From Octopus bimaculoides (lineage: Eukaryota), in assembly GCF_001194135.2 (NCBI RefSeq), contig NC_068993.1:25343730-25392253 (forward strand): DNA of 48,524 nucleotides, in the 5' to 3' direction. Of the stretch, positions 26,301 through 38,510 are shown piece by piece. The stretch's first letter is position 1; the number at the start of each line of letters is the position of its first letter. The notes under the pieces were generated by a model, which searched no databases, was not told the DNA's origin, and was given only the letters and a program-made list of their open reading frames with translations. The position numbers were made by a program, and so were the translations under genes.

Positions 26301-29300
26301 TGTTAATATCTTGCTGTGATTGATTCCAGGAGATTACAAATGTTTGGTGTAGTATTTGACTACATCAAATGAGTTTGAAAGCCAAACATGAAACTGAAGA
26401 ACATTCTAATAAAGTAATGATTGTAATAAGAGAAATGTCTCATCATTACATCTGTTGTTAGGAAATCTTATGATGTTCAATGTGGTGTTGATGAGTTTTG
26501 CTATGAAGAAAGTTAGAAATAGCAACAGAAACAAAAATCTAAAGACATTTATAGATCATTAGTACAATTTTAAATATTGATTTCTCTTTTTACTAGGAAC
26601 AACACAAATTTCTGCAAGTGAGTTAGTATAATCAATTGAACCAATTATATTGGTCTGATTCAATCAATTCAATTGATTATACTGGGTTGATTTAATAGAA
26701 TTGATTATACTGAGCTGATTCAATCAAAACCAAATGATGCAAATAATACAGTCTGTGACTGCACTGTTTCTGCCAGCTCACTGCCATTTAGAATTTTTAA
26801 TATTATCATATTATCATCTCATAGCAGTCTTTGACACACTCACAGCTGCACATATTGATTATAAAACAGATTGCAGCATCCTGAATACATAATTTATTGA
26901 TACTTGATGTGCTGAAGCCATATTCAGTAAAGTGCTAATTAAAACATGATCAAGTGATTGAGTCAATAATCTACCAATACTTGACATGATTTTAGAAATA
27001 GAAATAGTAACAGCATCAAATAGTATTGACACAATCAAAGAAATTAAAGAGAGAATCTAAGAGAATATCAAGACACTTTGCTAAATTAACAAAATTTAAG
27101 ATTTAATAAAAGCACAATTACACTGTGATGAATTTTGGAAAAGTTTACAGAAGATAGTTTCTGATTTGACTTTGCAGAATTTCAGAAAACAGAAAGGATG
27201 ATTATTCTTCAGTCAGTCTGTTTCATTGTAAAGCATATCACAATACATACATACATGGATATATATATATGTGTATACACACACACACACACACACACAT
27301 GTGTGTGAGTGTGTGTATGTATAGGTAGATACTTAGTTATAGACAATGACACACTAAATGTTAAGACATTTAAAATATATTTTTTTCTTTTAATAATTAA
27401 ATTGTTTTGTTGACAATTCAACCCTCTTCATCTAAGCTAGCTACATAAAGGAAGGTTAATCAGTGAGTTAATTCTGCAATGTATTAAGAATATGGTGACA
27501 TCCCATCTCTATACTAAGACACTCTTAGACAGAACTGAGTGCAGATATAAAAACCAACCAAAACTTCCTAAATTTCAAATTTCAAAAAACAAACTATGAA
27601 GTCATTTCCATTTTTTTAGTGCGTCATCAATAGCAGACCATAGACTCACAAACTAGTTTCATTAACAGTTAGTCATGGATTCACAAACCAACCCCATTAA
27701 CAGCTAGCCATGGGCTTACAAAAAGACCTCATTAACAGCTAACCATTGACTTAAGAAAAAGAAGCCCACTTGAAATGAGCATCTGACACATATACCCTAT
27801 TTGATGATGTCTTGGTTCAACAATGCATGCATGAAATATTTCTCTACAATATTATGATTCTGGCAGGATTGTTAGTACGTGAGGAAAAATGCTTAGCAGA
27901 ATCTCGTCTGTCTTCACGGTCTGAGTTCAAACACTGCTGAGGTCGACTTTGCCTTCCATCCTTTCAGGGTTAATAAAATAAGTACCAGTTGAGTACTGGA
28001 CTCCATGAAATCAACTATCCCACTTCTCTAAACTTGTTGGCCTTGTGCCAAAAATTTGAAATCTGTATTCTTCTTCTGTGTCTTCGTAGAATAAAACATG
28101 CATCAACTGTGTCTCATTACCCACAAAATACACCTGCAGTATATTTGTATCAATAAACAGTCATTGATCACTACATACTACATGCACATGTATCTCTATA
28201 CAATAAAACACATCTATTTAACAGCTGTACACACCAAAATTCACATCTAGCATTTATCTATAAACTAACATACAAACCAAAATAAACAAAACTGTCTCAT
28301 ATAATCTACACAACAACACATAACTGTTGTAATCTTGACATAAACCTCACAGAGTATAAATTAACAAGGAAGCCTCTACATCAGTGCTTCTCAACCATTT
28401 CTTTCCTGTGGAACCTTTTGATTCCTATTTTACTCAGGTGGACCACCATAGCCATTCAATGCTTAAAAATATCTCATATTTTTGACATTAAATATTAATA
28501 GGAACTGTGTAAAAAAAATTTTAATATTTTGTGTATTATAGAAATATAACCAATTTATTGCACATGAATTTTAACTACAAAATCATATATGGACCCTTAA
28601 GGGTCATCTGGACCTTGTTGAGAACCACTGCACTACATGGTCACTTAGGCTGCTAGAAATAGTAACCAGATTCCCTCAAATCTTGCTCACTTAAAAAAAA
28701 AGGAGAAACATACTGAGTAATGTAGTCCTAGATATACAATGCTGGAATACCTTTCGCCATAAATCTGCTCAGTGAGAGCTAACATGACGTTAAACAGAAT
28801 GACAAATAATAAACATAGTTATAAATGTAAGAAAAAAAGTCATTGGAAGGGTGATGCATACCCTGCATGAAGATAAAGTTTTTCGCAAATTATAGTGTGG
28901 CTTACAATGCATTACCTACCGAAGCTTTTTAATTGAACTGAATTAATTTTTTTTGTCTTTTTTTTAAAGTTTTACCATTAGGGGTATTTATATTCTGGTG
29001 AAATTAAGAAACCAACTCATTACTAAATGAAAGCCTCGAATCCATCAGTGTATACACACGTGTGCGCACGTGCACACACACGCACACACATTCAGTCGCA
29101 TATCTATGTACATATGTATGTATGTATGTATGTATATACCCACATGTGTCTACGCGCATAGGCACACCATGATTTATACACATATGGAAAAGAAAGTGAA
29201 CAAAATAATATGACCATTTGCTTATTGGGAAATTTGTAAATTCGATTTTTTAAATTAAAATTTTTTTTTTAAAAGATAATCAAACCAAATGTTCAACATT

Positions 29301-31841
29301 TTGAGCCACTTACCCAATGAGTATTTCTGCCAAATTTGGTGAAAATCCTTTCAACCATTTTCCAGTAATTTTGCAAACACACAGACAAAGATGAGTAATT
29401 ACAATACCTGATTTCGCTTATGCATGCAGGGTAATGAAATGAGCACTTACTGCTAAATTCAGGAGACTGTTTTCTAACACTGTTTCAATATCATTGTTTT
29501 TATCATCTTCAAGAGACAGGCTAATATATGTATTGATTTCTTTTTGTATCATGGGATCAGGAGTTCCATCACATCTCATAAAACGCTCCCACTATAACAA
29601 ACAAAATTTAGTACACACAATCAGTAAGGATTACATATCTAAAAAAAAAAAAAAACTTATTATTAGAGAAGTATCAAAAGGAAATTTGATAAATTGGAAA
29701 TATATCAAGTGAAAATGATAAAAGCAACATTTCAAACCAAAAATCAGAGAATAACCCATTTAGTTATCACACACATTTGGGGGTAGTTCCTCCCTCTCTT
29801 ATACAATCTCCTCATTCAGCAAGAGGTTTCTGAACAAGGAAAATGTATAAGAGAGGGAGAAACGACCCCCAAATAGAGTTAAAGAGAAAGCTGTTGAAGC
29901 TGATACCTTAAAGATTGGAGAAACGTATGTTTGGGAAAGAAATGTCAAGCATTTCAAGAGGCAGGAACCTGTCAAAAAGGAACACCAAGGAAAATATTGG
30001 AAGAAGTGCTGAAATCTGATTTTATGAAAGAGATAACAAAGGTATTGAGCTGGACAAGACTGGTCCAACACATACAAGTAGGGAAAAATGAACATAAAAT
30101 GATGATGATAAAAAAAATATAAATATATAAATGTGTGTGTGTTTAAGGAGGTTAGGGTGTTACATTCATAATTGTAAGATTGAAGTTTCAATTCCTGGAC
30201 TGAGCAATGCATTGTATTTCTGAACTTAGCAGTTCGGCAAAAGATACTGATAGAATAAGTACTAAGCTTACAAAGAATAAGTCCTGGGGTCGATTTTCTC
30301 GACTAAAGGCGGTGCTCCAGCATGGCCGCAGTCAAATGACTGAAACAAGTAAAAGAGTAAAAGAGTAAAGAGTAAAACACATTATTTCATAGCTCCAGCC
30401 CTCTCAGCTGGCAAAAATCCTGTGATGGGAGAATTTATGTGTTACAGAATCTGGGAAAATGACCTTCTGAGCTGATGACCCAGGAAAAACCTTTGATCCT
30501 TTTTATATATATCTGTAAGATGGTTGGCATTAGGAAGGGCATCCCACCATAAAAACCATGCTGAAATAGACAGTAGAGGTTGGTGCAGCCTTCTAGCTTG
30601 CTGGCTCCTGTCAAACCATCCAATCCATGTCAGCATGGAAAACAGATATTAGATAATGAAGAAGATGCGTCGGTGTTAAAACGTGGGTAGCTGATGAAGT
30701 AGAATGTTCTCTATGTGGCTTGTGTGTTTTCTCGTCTACGTTTTGTTTGCAATGTCCTGTACCCAGATATGCACCTATACATACAGGTGGATGTCGGTAT
30801 GCACATACCTGTACGTATATATGCATATACTCATTTACCATTTGTTTATATATATATATATATATATACATACACATGGTTACAACTATTACAAGGGAGA
30901 TAATCATTTCCTATGTAAATTCCAGAGAATGAAAGAAATTAAAAAAACGATGATTTACATTTTTATAGCATTTATAGTTTAGCTTTCTCTAAATATTCTT
31001 GATGTTTGTCTACATTCATTTCCTTACATCACCATTAGAGTTGTCTTTTTCCTCATTATAAAAAAAAAAATACTTTTTAATATCAACACACCACAGCCAC
31101 CACCACCATTATCTGCCCCTCTCTCTATCTCACTCTCTCTCACCATAGCTGCCTCCCCAGCCTATCTCTCTCTATCTATCTTTCCCTTCAGCTAACTTTT
31201 TAACCACATAATAAATATTCCTTCCTCCACCCCACTACACATCATTAACTCTTCTCTTTTCCTCTTTTTCTCTCCTTCGCTTTTACCTTCAGCTGACCAC
31301 ATAACCATTTGGCCTAAGTGCATTAATAGTAATCACTTTTCTCTACTTCTCCTTCTCTTCTTACTTCGCTCCCCCTTCTCTCTCTCTCTCTCCCATTCTT
31401 ACTCCTTCTCTTCTTACTTCGCTCCCCCTTCTCTCTCTCTCTCTCTCCCATTCTTACTCCACCTCCATCTCTCTAACTAACATATAATGGGTGAACAAAG
31501 AAGCAGATTATTACATAGATAAGGGAAACAATGCATAAAATTTACACAGTTGGTTTTTTAACATAATACTAAACACTGTATCTTAACTGTTTACAGACAA
31601 TAATTTAAGTTCCATATTTCATGGAAGATTTCTGACTAAGCTTGGCTGAAGCTGTCATCACTTCCCTTTCAATCACCAAGTTGTCTAATATCTGAAGATA
31701 GCTACCAGTCGTATATATACGATTTTGCAAGCAAACATTATTTGTAAGCAAAATTTTTCTTTTTCTTTTTTTTTTTTTTNNNNNNNNNNNNNNNNNNNNN
31801 NNNNNNNNNNNNNNNNNNNNNNNNNNNNNNNNNNNNGCTCA

Positions 31842-31881
<40 letters not shown>

Positions 31882-33401
31882 CATATGTGACTAGGGTATT
31901 TTGGCTGTCTTTACATTCTGAGTTCAAATTCCACCAAGGTCAACTTTGCCTTTCATCCTTTCAGGATTGATAAATTAAGTACCAGTTGTGTACTGGGCAT
32001 GATCTAATCGACTACCCACCACAAGAAAAGTTTCGGGCCTTGTGCCTAGACTAGAAAAGAATATTAGATACCAGATCTCAGGCCAGCTTTAGGAGTTGCA
32101 GGGTCCAATTGGAAACAGTTTTGGTGTGCCCCAGGTTCGCAGTCAACTTGCACCTTGGAAATTCCCTCCTCTCACTTCAGAGTTATTTTTTTCCTTCATT
32201 TTGTTTCAACTAATCTCGCCTCTTAATATACTGCAGGGGACCTTCTTCCCCTTTGGGGAAGTCTATATGGTTTGGCTAAATCAAAATGGTTTTTTTGTAT
32301 TCTTCCTTTCCACTTGGAGAGTTTAGATTTAGTTATAAAAATATGTCCTTCTGTTTAAATGTAATTCCATTAAATTTCTATATCTTTGTGCAGCTGAGGA
32401 TTGCTCTGCATTTTATATTTGATGTAATGTTCACATTACTTAATTAAATGGAGTCACATGAAACGATCGTACTGCATTAACTTTGGATATTCTTGTTGCT
32501 TATTTTGACCTTAATCACCTTATTTTGAAACTGTATGGATAATACCATACTTAATTCTGAGGCCTAAACTTTAGTACCATATTCACCTGAATCTATATAT
32601 ATATATATATNNNNNNNNNNNNNNNNNNNNNNNNNNNNNNNNNNNNNNNNNNNNNNNNNNNNNNNNNNNNNNNNNNNNNNNNNNNNNNNNNNNNNNNNNN
32701 NNNNNNNNNNNNNNNNNNNNNNNNNNNNNNNNNNNNNNNNNNNNNNNNNNNNNNNNNNNNNNNNNNNNNNNNNNNNNNNNNNNNNNNNNNNNNNNNNNNN
32801 NNNNNNNNNNNNNNNNNNNNNNNNNNNNNNNNNNNNNNNNNNNNNNNNNNNNNNNNNNNNNNNNNNNNNNNNNNNNNNNNNNNNNNNNNNNNNNNNNNNN
32901 NNNNNNNNNNNNNNNNNNNNNNNNNNNNNNNNNNNNNNNNNNNNNNNNNNNNNNNNNNNNNNNNNNNNNNNNNNNNNNNNNNNNNNNNNNNNNNNNNNNN
33001 NNNNNNNNNNNNNNNNNNNNNNNNNNNNNNNNNNNNNNNNNNNNNNNNNNNNNNNNNNNNNNNNNNNNNNNNNNNNNNNNNNNNNNNNNNNNNNNNNNNN
33101 NNNNNNNNNNNNNNNNNNNNNNNNNNNNNNNNNNNNNNNNNNNNNNNNNNNNNNNNNNNNNNNNNNNNNNNNNNNNNNNNNNNNNNNNNNNNNNNNNNNN
33201 NNNNNNNNNNNNNNNNNNNNNNNNNNNNNNNNNNNNNNNNNNNNNNNNNNNNNNNNNNNNNNNNNNNNNNNNNNNNNNNNNNNNNNNNNNNNNNNNNNNN
33301 NNNNNNNNNNNNNNNNNNNNNNNNNNNNNNNNNNNNNNNNNNNNNNNNNNNNNNNNNNNNNNNNNNNNNNNNNNNNNNNNNNNNNNNNNNNNNNNNNNNN
33401 N

Positions 33402-33440
<39 letters not shown>

Positions 33441-35628
33441 GTGTATGTGTATGTATATATATATGTATATATATATACTTACTTAAATTAGGATTTTTGA
33501 AAGTCTTGTAGTGTTGGGAGATTCTTTTTTTCATTTCATTAGCTGTAGATCCTATATAAACCTTATTTATAATTTTATTATTACTGTTCTAAGAGCTTAC
33601 TATACATTTATGAATTACATTATCAATATTACAATTATTAGAGAGCTTACATTTAGTCTTATTACGACATGAACATTTTTCTATCTCGCAACACTACCAG
33701 ACTTTCAAAAATCCTAATTTAAGTAAGTTCGCAGGTTTAAGTGGAATTATAAGGGAATTAAAATCTAGAATAAGAGATTACACCCTTAGTTGGAGTATAA
33801 CAGGTAGAGCCCACTCTTATAATATAGGGAATAAAATGTGTTTATTATGTATAACAGAATTTATGAAACTGCTACAGTCTAGAGATCAATTACTAAACAC
33901 ATATGATGAACGAGGAGTGAAATGTAGACACAAAAGTAATTTTACTTTCAATAAAATGAAATAGTGAATCTCCACCCCTTCAATCTAATAACCACACACT
34001 TTTGATTTCTACAGTACTTGAATAGATTATATAAATAATTAAATAAGTAAATTAATTAAATATTACTAAAAATTATATTATAACAAATTATATATATCCC
34101 TCAACATAGTTAGATTGAAGATAATAATAGAAGATAATTTAAATTAAACTATGCATAACAGAATTACCCCGCTTGGTACTAATCACCTATAAATTCCCAC
34201 AGTGCTCTGCTATTTTCACTTCCTCTAATCACCTTTTTCCTGAGTTATGCGTCATTACTTTCATTTGCTACCCAATCGTTACGTGAGTTTGTTTCTGTCT
34301 GTGTTTTTCTTGTTATTGTGTTACTGCACGTTTATTTGAACTGTTGTCTTTTGACAAACAGTAGTTTTCGCCTTACAGGGCAGAAAATTTCTGCACATTG
34401 TTTTTGTGAACTGTTAACCCTTACGGGTTATTTTTCAAAATGTTTTGTCATTTATGACAAGTTTTTCTTGTCATTTGCGACAAGTTCTAATCATGGAGTT
34501 TGACCTCACATCCAATAAGGACTTTCCTGAGATGGGAGGAAGTAAAAACAACATAAAGGACACCAAGGAAAAGCAAAGTTTTTTGGCTGCTGTGGGCGGA
34601 AATATCGTTGGACTGGAAGTAGCCATGGACAAGCTCTTCCAGTTCAGAAGTTTAATTGAGAAAAATGGTGATGAAACAAAATTAGTACCGCCCCATGAAA
34701 CTATTCAGGCGATTGTGGTCTAAATTACACAAAAATGAAAATAACACTGACATCTCATTTTAACAGATATATTTACCAATATTACATAAAGATATCTTAA
34801 AATACTAAAGAGTAAATTTATTCAATAAAATTGCCTTTGGCTTCAACCATGGCCTTCAGACGACTGTGGAATTTCTTGTGACTCCTCTGGATGGTTTCCT
34901 TGTTTAAGTTGGTGAATACTGCCATAATCTTTGCCTTCAGTTCTTCTTTGGTGTTACAAGCAGTTTTGTTGGTCTCTTGCTTAACGGCATCCCACACATA
35001 ATAATAATCAAGGGGGTTGCAGTCTGGGGAGATAGGTGGCCAAATGATAAGGGTGATGTAGTCGCAGAAATTATCTGACAGCCAGGACTGGGTTCTCCTG
35101 CTTGTGTGGCATGGTGCAGAGTCCTGTTGCCAGACATAGGATCTTCCAGCAGCCACCCTCTTGACCCAGGGCAGCACTATCTCCTCTAGGCACTTGATGT
35201 AGGCCTCTGCATTGAGTCTGAGACCATGTGGGAAGATGAATGGAGGCATAATGTTGCCATCACTAGTGATCACTCCAAACACCATCATGTTGACTGGATT
35301 TTTATCACTCTCAGTACATGTCCTCAAATTGACATCCAAACACTCGGAAATGTTTGTATTAGAGTCTCCAGTGGAAATGCCAAGCAGTACAGCATGTTGG
35401 TTCCAAATTTCTGACAGAATGAACTGTGTCATGATGCTGTTTTTCTCACAGATGGTGTCCAACTGACCCTACTATATTGTGTAGTCAACAAAATCAAAAC
35501 ACAAATAATGCGCATGTATAGAATTGACAATATAAAATGGTAACAATTTACCCATCACATCCTATATATATACACACACATTACATATGCATATGTGTGT
35601 ATATAATATATGATGTGTGTATATATAA

Positions 35629-35661
<33 letters not shown>

Positions 35662-38474
35662 TGTATATGCACATATATTCATACATGTGGAAGTGCATAA
35701 TTTAGTGGTTAAAATGGTAAGAGTGTTGCACTCATAATCATAAGATTGTAGTTTCACTTTCTTGACTATGTGATGCATTATGTTCTTGAGCAAAACACTT
35801 CATTTCATGTTGCTTCAGTCCAGTCCACTCCTCTGGTAAAAATGAGTAATTCTGTGATGGACTGGTTTCCTGCCCAGGGGATGAATATATATACACCATA
35901 GAGCCTGGGAAACTGGCCTTAAGATCCTATGGTTCAGGAAGGACCAGGGATCCTTTTTTGGTATACATAGATATCAAAGCCTTGTGAGTCGATTTGGTAG
36001 ATAAAAACTGAAAGAAACCCATTGTATAGGCACAAACATGACTACACATAAGCATAGCTACTCAGAGGTGTGACAAGGCACAGGTGTAACTGTGTAGTAA
36101 GAAGTTTGCTTTCCAACCATATGGTTTCAGATTCAGTCCCACTACGTGGCACCTTGTGTCTTCTACTATAGCCTCAGGCCAACCAACACCTTGTGAGTGG
36201 ATTTAGTAGATGGAAACTGAAAGAAGCGTCGTATATATGTGAGCATGAATGTATATTACTATCTTTTTGTCTTGACATCATATGATAGTTGTAAAATGAG
36301 TGCCACGATCATGCAAGTGGAACCCTTCGTTTTGTTTCTTCTGTAGAAATGTGTCTGGTCATGGGAAATATTATTTTACTTGGAAATAGGTGAGAGTTGT
36401 CAGCAGGAAAGGCACCCAGCTATAGAAAAACTTGTCTCAACAAATCCATACCATGCAAGCATGGAAAAGTAGCCATTAAAACAATGATGATGATTATTTC
36501 ACAGAAGAAACAAAATGAAGAAAACAAGTTGTTTTTCTCTTTACGAGACCAGTGACTATGTGTTGCTTAAAAAATATATAGTATTTGCAAGTGGAGAGAG
36601 CCTTCATCACTAGCCAGTGATATTCTCACACTGAGGAAAGGTAACTACCCAGAAGCCTAGGTCTGTGAGTATCACGTAAGGCTAGAGATAAGAGCAATGA
36701 ACTCCCTTGCATATACTATACGAGCACAAACTGTGTGCCGGCAGCCAACTGGGAAAGATGTTTTCCTGGGGCTAAATAACAGTAACATCGTCCTTGTACA
36801 GGACTGCCACATTACGTTGGAAAATAAACTTTACTATATATATATATATATACTTGTCTTTGTCTTTTGTTTTTTTGTAAATTCTCACTATATATATATA
36901 TATAATCTGTGCATTTGTGTGTATGAGTGTGTTTGAGTACCCTTGTCTTGACATCATGTGACAGTTGAATGAGCATACATCACTGACCATCAGACAACCA
37001 ATGTTGTTCGTTTCTAGTCTTCTGCCTGACCCATGCAAGCATGGAAGAGTGGAAAGGAGGATACTAAAACAATCACAATGATAATGATATACATATATGT
37101 ATATACATACATACATACACACACACACACCTACATACATATATATAAATGTATATATATNNNNNNNNNNNNNNNNNNNNNNNNNNNNNNNNNNNNNNNN
37201 NNNNNNNNNNNNNNNNNNNNNNNNNNNNNNNNNNNNNNNNNNNNNNNNNNNNNNNNNNNNNNNNNNNNNNNNNNNNNNNNNNNNNNNNNNNNNNNNNNNN
37301 NNNNNNNNNNNNNNNNNNNNNNNNNNNNNNNNNNNNNNNNNNNNNNNNNNNNNNNNNNNNNNNNNNNNNNNNNNNNNNNNNNNNNNNNNNNNNNNNNNNN
37401 NNNNNNNNNNNNNNNNNNNNNNNNNNNNNNNNNNNNNNNNNNNNNNNNNNNNNNNNNNNNNNNNNNNNNNNNNNNNNNNNNNNNNNNNNNNNNNNNNNNN
37501 NNNNNNNNNNNNNNNNNNNNNNNNNNNNNNNNNNNNNNNNNNNNNNNNNNNNNNNNNNNNNNNNNNNNNNNNNNNNNNNNNNNNNNNNNNNNNNNNNNNN
37601 NNNNNNNNNNNNNNNNNNNNNNNNNNNNNNNNNNNNNNNNNNNNNNNNNNNNNNNNNNNNNNNNNNNNNNNNNNNNNNNNNNNNNNNNNNNNNNNNNNNN
37701 NNNNNNNNNNNNNNNNNNNNNNNACACACATATGTACAGTGTACTACATGTCAATAAATTTTAGATGAGTTATAGCTAGCTTAGTATATTCATTCTATTA
37801 TGTTTTGTGAGTCATTATCAGTTCAGAACAGACAATTGGATTTGTGATGAAGGTTAGTTCTCCAGCAGTATCAACTGATGTGGCAGTGAGATAACAAAGC
37901 AAAATATAATTTGACAAAACAATAAACATAAAGAAAACTACTCACCCTTTCTAACTTTCGCTTTTCCCAAAGTAAATCTTTGAAATATCTTTCCTGTTCA
38001 ACCGTCATTTCTTCAATTTCCCGAAGTTCTTCCACTCGTTGTTTTCTTTCCTTTAGAAGAAAATTTAAGTAAACATACATGTGTACACACACACACACAC
38101 ATGTAATTAAACAAATACATATCTTTGTGTGTATGTTTATATATGTACCTTTTTACTTTTATGTTTTCTATTTTTTAATCTTCCGAGTTTTCTATATGCT
38201 TTCTTCTCAACATTTTGCATTTCTTCTTTCATTCAATTTTTAGTTCGTTATATGTGGTTTGTGCCTGATGAACATGTTTGAGGTATTTCTCAACATATGA
38301 AACTGTTGGTAACACATAAAAACATGTATTGTGTCTATTAAATAATATTTATCTCTCACCAGATGGAGTACTTGTTGAGCTTACCATTACGGAGCAGTAC
38401 ATTACACACACACACACACACACACATATATGTGTGTGTGTGTGTGTGTGTATGTGTATATATATATATATATA

Positions 38475-38510
<36 letters not shown>

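Noticed and set aside
32593-33534. Long ORFs of 200-320 aa containing X (also 36772-37768, 38650-39154, 41322-42272)
   Set aside because: Artefacts of N gaps. Only the RTE portion of 41322-41776 is real, and it is TE-derived.
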